Source: Carcharhinus amblyrhynchos
Lineage: Eukaryota
Direction of reading: 5' to 3'
Length of the DNA: 64,000 nucleotides
Assembly: GCA_965287045.1 (NCBI GenBank)
Contig: OZ336877.1
Span: 34,472,001 to 34,536,000 of the forward strand
The position numbers and the translations under genes are program-made. Shown here piece by piece: positions 37,296 through 50,089 of the stretch. The notes under the pieces were generated by a model. That model was not told where the DNA came from. It made no database searches and worked only from the letters and a program-made list of their open reading frames with translations. Numbering within the stretch: position 1 is the first letter of the stretch; each line of letters begins with the position of its first letter.

Positions 37296-37794
37296 TTGAG
37301 AAGCACCACTTGGCTTTTGAACCGATGTTGTGACTGAATTTTGTTTTGACTTCAAAGGTCTGAGTTTAAGTCACAGCTGAGCTGCAACTTTTGAACCGGA
37401 AATGGACATCTGTAAGTGATAGGAAGTGGGCCCGTGAGAAGTTTCTCAAAAAATAAATATATTTTAAAAAATAACAGAAATGGATTGAAATGACTGGACC
37501 AGGTAAATCCTTAACTGGTGACTCTACAAACAGGTTGTATGTTAAATCGACAATGTTAGTGACCTGTTAACAATGTATGACCAACATCAGCTAACCAAGT
37601 AGCTCAGGGTATGCTGAAGGCACTATACTTATAACTGCATCATCGTAACACAGTTACATAATTTAAACAGTCTTATTGTCTGCATACGAAGATATATTCA
37701 GAACAAAAATTAAACTGAGTCTGTGCACGTCAGAACACTTTGTTAGTTGGGTTGGCTCAGGCTAATTTTGTTTCAGTTGAGATACGAGATACAA

Positions 37795-38330
37795 AGAAAC
37801 ATAGGAGGAGAACATTCTCCATCATTCATCACAATCATAATTGATCATCAAACTCAATAGCCTAATCCTGCTTTCTCCCTATAACCTTTGATCCCATTCA
37901 CCACCAAATGCTACATCCAGCCACCTCTTGAATACATTCAATGTTTTGGCATCAGCTACTTCCTGTGGTAATGAATTCCACAGGCTCACCACTCTTTGGG
38001 TGAAGAAATGTCTCCTCACCTCCGTCCTAAATAGTCTATCCCGAATCCTCAGACTGTGAAAAGTTAAAACTTTATTTATTAGTCACAAGTAAGGCTTACA
38101 TTAACACTACAATGAAATTACTGTGAAATTCCCCTAGTCACCACAGCCCAGCGCCTGTTTGGGACAATGCATCGAGCCAACACAACCTTCAGACTGTGGG
38201 AGGAAACTGGAGCCTCCGGAGGAAACCCACGCAGACATGGGGAGAAAGTGCTAAGTCCACGCAGACAGTGATCCAAGCCGGGAATCAAACTTGGGTCTCT
38301 CGCGCTGTGAGGCAGCAGTGCTAACCACTG
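37795..38330 (-). mobile_element. CR1 3' fragment (37795-38060) adjacent to a tail-B V-SINE (38062-38330)
   Basis: gaattccacaggctcaccactctttgggtgaagaaatg (CR1, reverse complement), then a tail-B SINE. Confidence 0.75.
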
Positions 38331-39456
38331 TTGTTGCAGTTGCAACCATGACCGTGGTTCTGGACTTCCCCACCACCGGGAATGTCCGGGGGAGGGGTGG
38401 GGGGGTGAGAAACCTCACTTCCCCCACCCCTCCCCCACCATCGTCTCTCTCATGGAGGAAGGGAGCAAAGCTTTCATCACAGTATTGTTACAGGTTATCA
38501 GACTGCACTGTAAGTAGCTCTGCTGACACAGCAAGTGATGGAATAATGTTCCTTCTGGACATGTATTTAAATGAGTTTGATGATGTGAAAAAACTATAGT
38601 CCTTCAGTATCTGACTATGGTACTGTGAAATTACCTCCAGAGGTTTCTCTGGAGCTGTGCCCTGTTCTGCCACTGCAACATCACCAGAAGTGGACATAAC
38701 CCCATCGAATCCCTATAGTGCAGAAGGAGGCTATTTGGCCTATCAAGCCTGCACCTACTCTCCGAAGGAGCATAGCACACAAGTGGTGTCACACCAGCAT
38801 TCAACTGATTCTGTGGGTTTCCTCCACACTGTATTAAAATGACCCCCTCCATCCCCCAACAACGGTTTCTCAGGAGGTTCATAGCCAAATACTAATGGAT
38901 CTGTGGTATCTTTTGTCAGGGATGTGTTGTTGCAGTTACACAGGGCCTTGGTGAGGCCACGCCTAGAGTAATGTGTGCAGTTTTGGTCTCCTTTACTGAG
39001 GAAGAATGCGCCCGGTCTTGAGGGAGTGCATGAGTTTGATGATGTGAAAAAACTATAGTCCTTCATTATCCGACTATGAAAAAAAAACCTTGTGTCTTAT
39101 TCTTTAAACAAAAATAACACATGCAAAAGGACAGCTTTTATTGAAAGCGATTCCTGGATTTAAAACAAAATGGATGCTCCATTTAAAAGATTAACCATTG
39201 CAAGACAGAATGTGTAATTTTCTTCTCAACATGTTAAATTGATGGTATTACTTTTTCAAGCAAGTCTTTGAGGGAAATATTGTAAGGCATTATTCTGAAC
39301 CATTTTTAAGAATCTGTAAAGGCGTTGTGATAAAGTGATTTTAATGTTCAAGTTTTGACAGACTCCCCACACGGCATAATGCTAATTTTGAGTTGCTCTA
39401 TGAATGACTGGTGTTTATGTATTGCAGTGATATGGCTTCCTTTAGCATATTTGTGG

Positions 39457-39860
39457 GTGGTACGGTGGTACAGTGGTTAGCACTGCTGCCTCACAGCACC
39501 AGGGACCTGGGTTCAATGCCGGCCTCAGGTTTGATTTGATTTGATACAGGGTGGCATGGTAGCACAGTGGTTGGCACTGTTACCTCACAGCACCGGGTTC
39601 GATTCCCGGCTTAGGTTACTGTCTGTGTGCAGTTTGTGCATCCCCCCCGTTTCTGCATGGGTTTCCTCCGGTTTCCTCCAACAGTCCAAAGATGTGTGGG
39701 TTAGGTGGATTGGCCAGGCTAAATTGCCCCTTAATATCATGGGGACTAGTGAGAATAAATGCATGGGGTTGTGGGGATAGGGCCTGGGTGGAATTGTTGT
39801 CGGTGCAGACTTGATGGGCTGAATGGCCTTCTTTTGCACTGTAGATTTGATGATTCTATG
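39457..39860 (+). mobile_element. SINE head fragment, (tttga)3 linker and full HE1 V-SINE
   Basis: Two consecutive tRNA-like heads at 39457 and 39548. Confidence 0.8.
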
Positions 39861-40614
39861 ATTTATGCTATGTATGTATCTGTTTGTTTTCCAATACAAT
39901 GCAACATTACCAATCATTGGGACAAAATGACAATAAGTGAGAATAACAGCACTCATCATTATAAACTGTAAATTTGAATTTAATAACATTATTATGTATT
40001 ATTATAATAAATTAGACAGTATCCTACAGTGACCAGATGTGAGTTGAGTGCAGAAATCCATAAATTCCTGCGCCAGTTGCCCTTTTCCTCCAGAAACGGC
40101 ATTATCATGGTATCACACTGAAAAGCTCAATGTTAAAATATGGAAATTGGGGTGAGGTTTTTGTATTTAACCTAATAGCTTTCCGCTAAGTACACCACAA
40201 ACATTTGCTAATGTTACAAGCTGATGTAATTAAATGTTCAGTGGTGTGCTAAGCCTTAATTACTGTGAGCCAACCTCCCTGCCATTGAGAACTGACTTTT
40301 ACAAGTGTAGAGTCTCATTCCTTCAGTTTTAATTATTTTTGCAAGTATATATTTAATTTTTTCTTTGTCTCATTTTTCTTCTCAACCCTATCTTTTTTTC
40401 TCGCTGTTTATTTTACTTTCTGTGGCTGATTTGATGTTGAGCTAAGCATCCTGAATGACATTTCCTGCTTTAGACTCTGCACTGGCAATTAATGATTCTT
40501 CAATCTGATTGGTAAAGGAGATGTGTGTGCAGCTCCCTGTAGAGTGTAACACTATTTTAGCTGTCTAGTTTATAGGAAATTCCAATGTAAAATCCTCTGG
40601 AAAGAATGGTTAAA

Positions 40615-40866
40615 GTTAATGTTTATTTATTAGTCACAAGTAAGGCTTACATTAACACTGCAACGGAGTTACTGTGAAATTTCCCTAGTTGCTACACTCC
40701 GGCACCTTTTCGGATCAATGCACCTAACCAGCACATCTTTCAGACTGTGTGAGGAAACCCAGGCAGACATGAGGAGAATGTGCAAACTCCACACAGACAA
40801 TGACCCAAGCCCGGAATCGAACTTGTGTTCCTGGCGCTGTGAGGCAGCATTGCTTACCGCAGTGCC
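40615..40866 (-). mobile_element. V-SINE with tail B (short variant)
   Basis: tttattagtcacaagtaaggcttac..tcggatcaatgcacctaaccagcac. Confidence 0.85.
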
Positions 40867-41280
40867 ATAATGAACAGTTGGTGTCATTATTCACTGCTGA
40901 GAGCAAAATTCGACTCGTTATGTGTAAAGGAGCCTGTTTCATTCAGAAAGAATGAGGGTTGAAGTCCACAGGTCACATTTCCAGTGAAAAGCTGAGATTG
41001 TGCTCAACAGTGCCCTCCAGTGGTGCGTCAGTTGAAGCTTGAAAGGTTTGCTGAGGACTGCCAGGAGAGCACAGGTACAAGCATCACTTTGGCACTATTT
41101 CTCTCACTTCCCTGCACCTACTCACACAAACCTTCCTTCATCAACCCTAGTCAACATTCCCTCAGTCCTTTTAATCTGTAGAGTTATGCTCACGCTCATT
41201 TTCTGCTGGAGCAACTCAGCAAGTCCCAGTCCACCGCTTGTTCCTGTCGCTCTGGAGATCTTTCCTATCCATATCCAATT

Positions 41281-41712
41281 CCCTGTATCTGTATGTGCCC
41301 TGGTCGTATCTGTATCCACCTGATCATATTTGTATCTGCCCTGATTGTACCTGTATCCCACCCTGGTTGTACCTGTATCCCACCCTGGTCGTACCTGTAT
41401 CCCACCCTGGTCGTACCTGTATCCCACCCTGGTCGTACCTGTATCCCACCCTGGTCGTACCTGTATCCCGCCCTGGTCGTACCTGTATCCCATCCTGGTC
41501 GTACCTGTATCCGCCCTGGTCGTACCTGTATCCCGCCCTGGTCGTACCTGTATCCCGCCCTGGTCGTACCTGTATCCCGCCCTGGTCGTACCTGTATCCC
41601 GCCCTGGTCGTACCTGTATCCCGCCCTGGTCGTACCTGTATCCCGCCCTGGTCCTACCTGTATCTGCTCTAGTTGTATCCATATCTGCCCTGGTCATATC
41701 TGGATCCGCCAT
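41281..41712. repeat. 22-bp minisatellite, unit ccctggtcgtacctgtatccc(a/g)
   Basis: About 15 near-perfect units (41341-41665) with degenerate 21-bp flanking units and no spacers. Confidence 0.95.
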
Positions 41713-41714
41713 GT

Positions 41715-41900
41715 TCTCAGTGTTCACCAGCTTTTAATTCTTCTACCAATGGGAGCAGTTTCTCTCGATCTACTCTGTCCAGATCTTTCATGATTTTGAA
41801 CACCTCTATCAAATTTCCTTTCAACGTTCTCTTCACGATGGAGAACAACCACAGCTTCTCCAGTCTGTCCATGTAATCCCAGGAGCCATTCTTGTGAATC
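41715..41900 (-). mobile_element. CR1-clade LINE fragment
   Basis: Minus peptide YMDRLEKLWLFSIVKRTLKGNLIEVFKIMKDLDRVDREKLLPL. Confidence 0.8.
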
Positions 41901-42856
41901 TCTTTTCCAGGATCCCTAAAGTTTGGTGTCCTGGTGTCCAGCATTTGCCACAATGGATGGGATTTTCTGCCACCTTTTTCAAACCAACCACCCCCTCCCT
42001 CCCACACTCACAACCACCACTTCTGGAGGGTGAAGTGGACCACCTTTGGCCAGCGGTGGGATCTTCCTGTCCACACTGATGTCCACAGGGTTTTGCATGC
42101 GCTGCACACTCTGCTGCCAGGAATGAATGAGGGTGGGGTAGTGAGGGCTGGGGGGGGGGGCAGTGCTCGCCATCAGCAGGACTGGAAGATCCCAATGGCA
42201 GGCAGCACAGGAATATTTTGGCCAATACTCGCATGTACAGTGTTCCATAAAGCTTGGTCGTAACACCCTTGCATATGGATTTGATATCTTCAGGAGCCGA
42301 TATCACATTTTAATCACTTCCTACCTTCTCTGCCACCTTCAGTGATTTGTGTGGATGTACCTGCCCAGCTCTCTCTCTCCCCCTGCATTGCTGTACAATA
42401 GAGTGGAGTCAACAGCAGTTTGCTGATTATAGCAAGAGGTGCCATCTTTTTACATACCCAAAACTTGTTGGCAGGAGAGCAGGTTAGATATCAATCCAGT
42501 AGGATTAATATCTCAAAGGCAACAATATTCTGACCATTGTTAAAGTTGCCATGAATCCATTGGAATCAGTCAACAGACACTCCCTAGAAGGAAGATACTG
42601 AATAAAGTAACCCAAGTTATAATTATTAGAGTTTATATGTGTATAAACCCAGATATTATGCATGGCAGCTGAATTGTCATTCCCATGTTAAAGTTAAGAT
42701 GCGATCAAATGTTCAGATGTTTCTTGTCAGTTTTATTGCACCATATCTGTTTTGCAATAATGTATTAAAGTGGACGAAAGTAAGTCAAATAGTCCCCACA
42801 AAGTGAAGATTGTTTCTTTCCAGATTTAAAACCTACCTGTAAAAATATTCCCACCA

Positions 42857-43920
42857 GTAAGAACATAGGAAATAGGAACAGGAGTAGACCACTCAGCCCC
42901 TCGAGCCTGCTCCTTCATTCAACTGGATGGTGGCTAATTTCATAGAATCCCTACAGTACAGAAGAAGGCCATTCGGCCCATTGAGTCTGCACCGACCACA
43001 ATCCCATCCAGGCCCTATTCCCGTAACCCCACATATTTACTCTGCCAATCCCCTGACACTAGGGTCAATTTAGCATGGCCAACCAACCTAACCCACACGT
43101 CTTTGGACTGTGGGAGGAAACCAGAGCACCCGGAGGAAACCCACGCAACATGGGGAGAATGTGCAAACTCCACAATGACCCGAGGCTGCAATTGAACCCG
43201 GGTCCCAGGTGCTGTGAGGCAGCACAGCTAACTACTATGTCACTGTGACGCCCTCCAACTCAAAGTTATTTTTCCACACTATCACCATGACCCTTGATAT
43301 CTTTAAAAAGTTGAAATCTATTAATCTCAGTCCTGAACATACTCAATGTCTGAATCTCCTCAGCTCCTACAGTAGAGTTCCAAAGATTCACTAGAGAAGG
43401 AAATCCTCCTCAACTCAGTCCTAAATGGCTTCCCTCTCCTTCTGAGACTGTGTACCTAATTCTTGGTCCCCACCAAGGGATCCTTCCTGCATCAACCTTG
43501 TCAAGCTCTGTAAGAATAATGTATGCTTCAATCAGCTAACTTCTTGTTCCTCTAAAACCTAGAGAATCTGGGCCCAATCTTCTCAATCTCTCCACAGGGG
43601 AGAAAACCACCATCCCAGAAATCAGTAAGGTAAACCTTTGTGGCGCTCCCCCTATGGCAAGTATATCTTTCCTTGGACAAGGAAACCAGAACTGCACACG
43701 ATGCTCCAGGTGTGGTCTCTCCAAGGCATTGTACAGCTGCAGTGACATTTATTTACTCCTGTACTCAAATCCTCTCAATAAAGGCCAACATTTGCCTTCC
43801 AAATTGCTTGCTGCACCTGCACATTAGCTTTCAATGCCTAATGAGCTAGGACTCCCAGGCCTTTTTTGGATAGCAACACTACCCAACACATTACCATTCA
43901 AGAATTACACTGTATTTCTG
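42857..43920 (-). mobile_element. CR1 3' fragment with nested HE1 SINE (42940-43252)
   Basis: LYNALERPHLEHRVQFW on the minus strand; the CR1 tail aagaacataggaaatagga.. is split by the SINE. Confidence 0.75.
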
Positions 43921-44544
43921 CTTTTGTTACTGATAAAGGGAATTTAATTGTTTGATCATAATATCCAGCATAGAGGACTAAGCAACTAATATTTTAGTTT
44001 TAGGCTTCTAAATGAAAATCTAACAAGGACATTAAAAGTAATTTAATGTTAATTGTTAGATCAGCCTGATTAGTAGCCCAAGGTTTCCTTATATCAGAGA
44101 GTGGACTGAAAAACATGAAAGCTCAATTACAATGTTGCTTGAACATGGATAAATTATGCACATTTTTATTATAATTTGATTCAAGAATGTGTCATGAATA
44201 GATTGACAAGTTAAATATTAAATGAGATCATGTTAAGTTAATTGCTGGGCTGTATCTAAGATAACAAAATCGTATAATTATCCAAGATTTTGGCACAGAA
44301 GTCGGAGATCTGTAGTGGAAACGCAAGGTGCTGTTGCATCACCAGATCCTCCTTCGGCTGAAATATTGCATTTGTCTAATGTATGTCTTTTGTTCTTTGT
44401 ACTGTTTATATGTTTTGTAACAAAACTAGTGTTAGGAATAAATTTATTACACTTTAAATCTGAGTTTCATTTACGTTTGTGAAAAATATTAAATAGAATT
44501 ACTTTTTAATATTTTCTAAAATATTCCGGCCACTGAGAACAGAA

Positions 44545-45395
44545 TTCCCCACTTCACCTACCAAAATGGGTAAACTTCATACTTTTCCATATTATATTCC
44601 ACCTGTCATGTCCTTGCCAACTCACTTAGCCAGTCTGAATCCACTTAAAGCCTCTTTGCACCTTCTTCACAACTTACATTCCCAACCAGTTTCTTGTCAT
44701 CAGGAAATCGGAAGTATCACATTTGGTTCCACATTCAAATCATTGATATGGATTGTGAACAGCCAGGGCTCAAATATTGAACCTTGCGGTACCCCACCAG
44801 TCATGGCCTGCTTAGTCCTACTCTTTGTTTTCTGTCCATTAATCAATTCTCAGTCCCATGCCTGTATAGTACTCCCAATCCCATGTGCTCTAATTCTGCT
44901 TACCAGCCTCCTGTTTTGAGCCCTGATTGAATGCTTTCTTAAAATCCTAATACACCGCATCCACTCGCTCCATCTTATCCATTTTGCTAGTTAAACATTC
45001 AAAAAAATACTATTGGGTTTGGCAAATAAGATTTCCCTTCGATGGTAACTCTGTCCAATCATCCCATGGGATAGCACAGTGGTTAGCACTGCTGCCTCAC
45101 ACCTCCAGGGACCTGGGTTTGATTCCCGGCTTGGGTGACAGTGTGGAGTCTCCTCGTGCCTCCGCAGGTTTCCTCGGGATGCTCCGGTCTCCTCCTACAG
45201 TCTGAAAGATGTGTGGATTATCTTGATTGGCCATGTTAAATTGCCCCTTAGTGTCCCAGGATGTGAAGGTTAGAGGGATTAGCCAGCTGAATATGTGGGG
45301 TGACAGGGATAGGGCCTGGGTGAGATTGTTGTCAGTGCAGACTTGATGGGCTGAATGGCCTCCTTCTGCACTATAGGGTTTCTATGACTCTATGA
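44545..45395. mobile_element. Old CR1 RT fragment (-, 44545-45050) followed by an HE1 SINE (+, 45065-45395)
   Basis: The minus strand contains ggtggggtaccgcaaggttcaatatttgagccc (GVPQGS-like). The SINE consensus follows. Confidence 0.7.
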
Positions 45396-45545
45396 TTATT
45401 TTCTAAGTGTCCAGTTATCACATATTCCTGATAATATTTGCAATTTTAAATATCTCAACACATGTGCAAGACAGCTCTATGAAATGGTAAAATGTCAGCG
45501 AATGACCACAGAAAAAGTTATTGTTGAAATTGTTCTTTGTTCCAG

Positions 45546-45590
45546 GGCTTTCGAGGTCTCCCCGGACCCCAGGGACCACAAGGCCCCAAG
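45546..45590 (+). CDS. COL21A1: Collagen exon (45 nt), GFRGLPGPQGPQGPK
   Basis: ttctttgttccag| acceptor, |gtagat donor, five Gly-X-Y triplets. Aligns to the 15-aa segment GIPGFPGNRGLMGQK of recalled COL21A1. Confidence 0.9.
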
Positions 45591-45756
45591 GTAGATACAT
45601 TTTCTTGATTATATCTAATACATGTAATTAGATTATATCGAATGCATTTCATTATCCATATGACATTTTTACTTGTGAAAATCAAGAAATGTAGTGATTC
45701 TTAGACTAGTGCTGTTTGGATGAAATATGAACTTACAATAAACTGAGCTGACTCAG

Positions 45757-46545
45757 TTTAACTTAGATAAATGCGAGGCGATGCATTTTGGTAGATCAAA
45801 CTAGGGCAGGACTTACTCAGTTAATGGTAGGGCGAAGGAGAGTTTTATAGAACAAAGAGATCTCGGGGTACAGGTTCATAGCTCCTTAAAGTGGACTCAC
45901 AGGTGGACATCATAGTGAAGAATATGCGGCATGGTTGGTTTCATCGATCAGAACATTGAATACAGGAGTTGGGACGCCTTGTTGAAGTTGTACAATTCAT
46001 TGGTAAGACCACACTTGGAATACTGTGTGCAGTTCTGGTCACCCTATTATAGAAAGGATATTATTAAACTAGAAAGAGTGCAGAAAAGATTTACTAGGAT
46101 GCAACCAGGACTTGATGGTTTGAGTTATAAGGACAGGCTGGATAGACTCCCAGTAATGTAGGAGGCTGAGGGGCATTCTTATAGAGATCTATATATTAAT
46201 GAGGGGCATAGATCAGCTAGATAGTCAATATATTTTCCCAAAAGGTGTAAAAACTAGAAGGCATGGGTTTTAGGTGAGGGGGGGAAAGAAACAAAAGGGT
46301 CCAGAGGGGCTTTTTTCTCACGGGGTGGTGAGTGTCTGGAACAAGCAGCCAAAGATAGTAGTAGAGGTGGGTACAATTTTGTCTTTTAAAAAGCATTTAG
46401 ACAGTTACATGGGTAAGATGGTTATACAGGGATATGGGCCAAATACGGACAATTGGGGTTAGCTTACTGGTTAAAAGAAAAAGGGTGGCAGGGGCAAGTT
46501 GGGCCAAAGGGCCTGTTTCCATGTTGTAAACCTCTATGACTGCTA
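45757..46545 (+). mobile_element. CR1-clade LINE 3' fragment
   Basis: IEYRSWD.LLKLYNSLVRPHLEYCVQFWSPYYRKDIIKLERVQKRFTRM. A closely similar antisense copy lies at 48875-49385. Confidence 0.9.
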
Positions 46546-46734
46546 CATAATGTGAGTTCGGTCCATCGGTTTTCTGTTCTGGGGCTCCTGACATGTAGCA
46601 TGTGACATATTGGGTACAGGCTAGAATTGGGACAGGTTATCAGTGAATCAGCAGCTGTTAAAGTGCTGCTGGTCACCCCTGCTGCAGGAGAGAAGAGCAA
46701 TGGCTGGCATCAGGCGAGCACTGAGCTGAAACAA

Positions 46735-46832
46735 CAAACAGAAAAATGCTGGAAAGTCTCAGCAGGTCTGGCAGCATCTGTGGAGAGAGAATAAAGCCAA
46801 TGTTTCAAACCTAGATGACCCTTTGTCAGAAC
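46735..46832 (-). mobile_element. Penelope-like terminal fragment with degenerate hammerhead
   Basis: Minus strand reads gttctgacaaagggtcatctaggtttgaaacattggc..ctccacagatgctgccagacctgctgag. Confidence 0.55.
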
Positions 46833-47009
46833 ACTCAGAGCTGCTCCTCCCATTGAAGCAGATTGGAAGCTCCTCGGAAGAAAGTGTTTGAGAAGTTACC
46901 AGCAAGACGAAGCAGCGAAGCTTCCTGGATGGAAGCAGCAAAAAGTAACGGGTGCTTCGAATAAGCACCGAACCTGGATGTAGCTGAGGAAGACATTTGC
47001 TCAAGTTTA

Positions 47010-47350
47010 TGAGGAGCATGGACAGGGGAGATAAGGAGCAGTTGTTCCCCTTAGTTGAAGGCAGTTACGAGGGGACACAAGTTAAAAGTGAGAGGTGGGA
47101 GGATTAGGGAGGATTTGAGAAAAAACATTTTTACCCAGAGGGTGGCGACATTCTGGAATGAAGTGCCTGGGAGGGTGGTGGAGGTGGGATGCCTCACATC
47201 CATCTGGATGAACACTTGGCACGCCATAACATTCAAGACTATGGGCCAAGTGCTGGGGTTAGGTGGGCAGGTCAGGACATTTCATGCATCGGTACAAACA
47301 CAATGGGCCAAAGGACCTCTTCTGCACTGTGGTGTTCTGTGATTCTGTGA
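47010..47350 (+). mobile_element. CR1-clade LINE 3' end
   Basis: TRGHKLKVRGGR..RKNIFTQRV..WN; tail ctgcactgt..ttctgtgattctgtga is like the HE1 tail A. Confidence 0.8.
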
Positions 47351-48029
47351 TCTGAGGAAGTATTGCGTACATTTGGTTCAATTTTATGATGTTGGCAGAA
47401 AACCCATCTTAACAGCGCAAGGAAAGATGGCGCCCTGCATACATTCTGAATGGCACTGCCAACTGTTGAAGAATGTTTAAATGCACAGACTTGTCCTCCT
47501 TTAACTAAGATACTTGAATTGCTGCCAGACCAAATATTTACCCAATGGATCATTGAGCAGGTCAAGTAAAAACACTACCCATCCTGCCAATACAGCTGCA
47601 CATTCATCGAGTTAGTGGCCTGGGTGCTGGGATGATGTATATCATCTTTCCTGTTCTTTATTCCATTTATATGCATCTTTTCCATCAGGGTCAGGGGTAA
47701 CAGATGCTACTATCTCCAGACAGAGGAGGAAACATTGACTGGAATTCTCCGAGCTCGCCTACAGCTGGAATTCTCCAGTCCCACTGCAGTGAATGGAGAT
47801 TTTGCTGACTGCCAAATTCTCCGTCCTCGCTAGCAGCGGTGGCGGGGCAAACAAGAATGGAGAATTCTGGCCTGTGTTCCTTGTTCCTTCGACGGAGAGG
47901 ACCCCGGAAAGTCTGAGGACAACAGAGAAAGTAGGGGGAGGGGGGCTCGGAGATTCCTTAGCATTTTCCTTTTCAATTCTTCCTGCTTTTAACCAGCTCC
48001 TCGTTCTCTCCTTCACATTCAAACCGGAG

Positions 48030-48300
48030 AGTGGCATAGATAAGGTGAATGGCCAAGGGCTTTTCCACAGGGCAGGAGAGTCCAAAACTAGAGGGCATAA
48101 GTTAAAGTGAGAGGGGAAAGGGACCTGAGGGGCAACTCTTTTACACAGAGGGTGGTGCGAATATGGAATGAGCTGCCAGAGGAGGTGGTAGAGGCAGGTA
48201 CAATATCAACACTTAAAAGACACTAGTTCAGTTTAGGAAACCTGGTCAGCTTGGACAAGTTGGGCCAAAGGGCCTGTTTCTGTGCTGTATATCTCTGTAC
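48030..48300 (+). mobile_element. CR1-clade LINE 3' end
   Basis: GIDKVNGQGLF..SKTRGHKLK; ends gggccaaagggcctgtttctgtgctgta. Confidence 0.8.
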
Positions 48301-48747
48301 ATAAACAGCTGTAAATGATCATAACCAACTACAGGATCATACGTAATCCCATCCAAGCACTGTGGGCTCAAAGCACCAGAAGTGTTTGTACTTATAGCTG
48401 CAGCCACAGTTCCCAACCTTCCCTTCAGGCTTATCTATGTTGCCCAGAACCTGTATTATGCATACATGGAGGCCTTTTGAATAGTAACTAAGGACCACCT
48501 CTCCTTCAATTTGTACAACTATACATTCATTAGCTGGTCTTCCACTGATATTGAATACTGAAAAAAGTGAAATTATCTACCCATTTCTACATGCAAAAGT
48601 TTGGAAATTCTTTCAAAGGCAATTGATGTGAGATCAATTGTTAATTTTAAATCGAAAATATATTTTTATTAGCCAGAGGTATGAAGGGGAATGAAGCAAT
48701 GCTGAGTGTACGGGATCAGGTGGCAGATCATCCATGATCTCAATGAT

Positions 48748-49385
48748 ATTTGATTTATTATTGTTACATTTTTGGTATACAGTGAAAAGTATTGTTTCTT
48801 GCGAGCTATGCTGACAAAGCATACCATTCATAGAGAAGGAAAGGACAGGGTGCAGAATGTAGTGTTACAGTTATAGAGTCATAGGGGTTTACAGCATGGA
48901 AACAGGCCCTTCGGCCCATCTTGGTCATTCCACTTTTTTTTAAACTGCTAAGGTAACCTCAATTGTCTGTGTTTGGCCCATATCCCTCTACACCCATGTA
49001 ACCGTGTAAATGCTTTTTAAAAGACAAAATTGTACCCACCTCTTCTACTACCTCAGGCAGCTTGTTCCAGACACTCATCACCCTCAGTGTGAAAAAACTG
49101 CCCCTCTGGACCCTTCTTGTATCTTTCCCCACTCATCTTAAACCCATGCCTTCTAGTTTTAGACTCCCCTACTTTTGGGAAAAAATGTTAACTATCTAGC
49201 TGATCTATGCCCCTCATTATTTTACAGATCTCTATAAACCCATTCCTTAGCCTCCTACGCTCCAGGGAAAAGAGTCCAAGTCTATCCAGCCTCTCCTTAT
49301 AACTCAAATCAAGTCCCGGTAGCATCCTAGTAAATCTTTTCTGCACTCTTTCTAATTTGATAATATCCTTTCTATAATTGGGTGC
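48748..49385 (-). mobile_element. Rex1 tail (48748-48872) abutting a CR1 3' fragment (48875-49385)
   Basis: tttgatttattattgttacat tail. Minus ORF YRKDIIKLERVQKRFTRMLPGL..ERLDRLGLFSLERRRLR. Confidence 0.8.
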
Positions 49386-49834
49386 GCACAGTGAAGCATT
49401 GTTAGAGAGTTTATAAGAGTTAGAATACAGATTTAAAAGCATAGAACAAGAATAAAAAATAGAATTAGAGAGTATGCTGGGGACAGTTTGCGGGAAGTCA
49501 CCACGCTCCGGTGCCATCCTGAATCAATGTGAAAAAAGCTTGAAGGGCTGAATGGCCTCCTCCTCTGCCAATATCCCAATGACATCTGTTACAGCGACAT
49601 TTGGGAAGAAGGTACAGCACTTGGATTGATTGGAATTCCAAGCCTGACAGCTCAATGGGCAGAGATATCATGAAGTTCATGTAACTCTCAGTAACCAAGG
49701 GACAAGGGACACTGAGCCCAAGACATGATAGTGTGAAACTCCAAATATATTGACAGTGTTGTTTTGTATCTTTTAAACTTTCCTTTATGGGCAAATAAAT
49801 AAATCGATAGTCAAATGTTTCCATTTCTTCCAAG

Positions 49835-49888
49835 GGACAGAAAGGATTGATTGGTCAAAAGGGTGCTGAAGGTCAGCCTGGGATACCG
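49835..49888 (+). CDS. COL21A1: Collagen exon (54 nt), GQKGLIGQKGAEGQPGIP
   Basis: tttccatttcttccaag| acceptor, |gtgagt donor, six Gly-X-Y triplets. Confidence 0.9.
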
Positions 49889-50089
49889 GTGAGTGATCAT
49901 CCTTTTCTCTGCTATTTGAAAGAAAAATTGTACCTCCACTTTTGCCGTTTCCACAACAAACACTCGAGGGTTGGAGGGAAAGGAGAAGCTGATATTTGCA
50001 GAAATCCTCCTGCATCACACTCACTGTATTCCCTCCTCCCTAGTCTCTGCAGTGCTGGATATCTGTTAAGAGGTTACAAACCAAGTCTT

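Noticed and set aside
41281-41712. CRISPR array or repetitive protein gene (130-201 aa ORFs)
   Set aside because: Units are head-to-tail with no unique spacers and no cas genes, in a vertebrate intron. The ORFs arise because the 22-nt unit lacks stops in every frame.
20106-45545. Additional Gly-X-Y exons in the 25-kb intron
   Set aside because: None was found by eye, and the flanking exons align contiguously to recalled COL21A1. A very short exon cannot be fully excluded.
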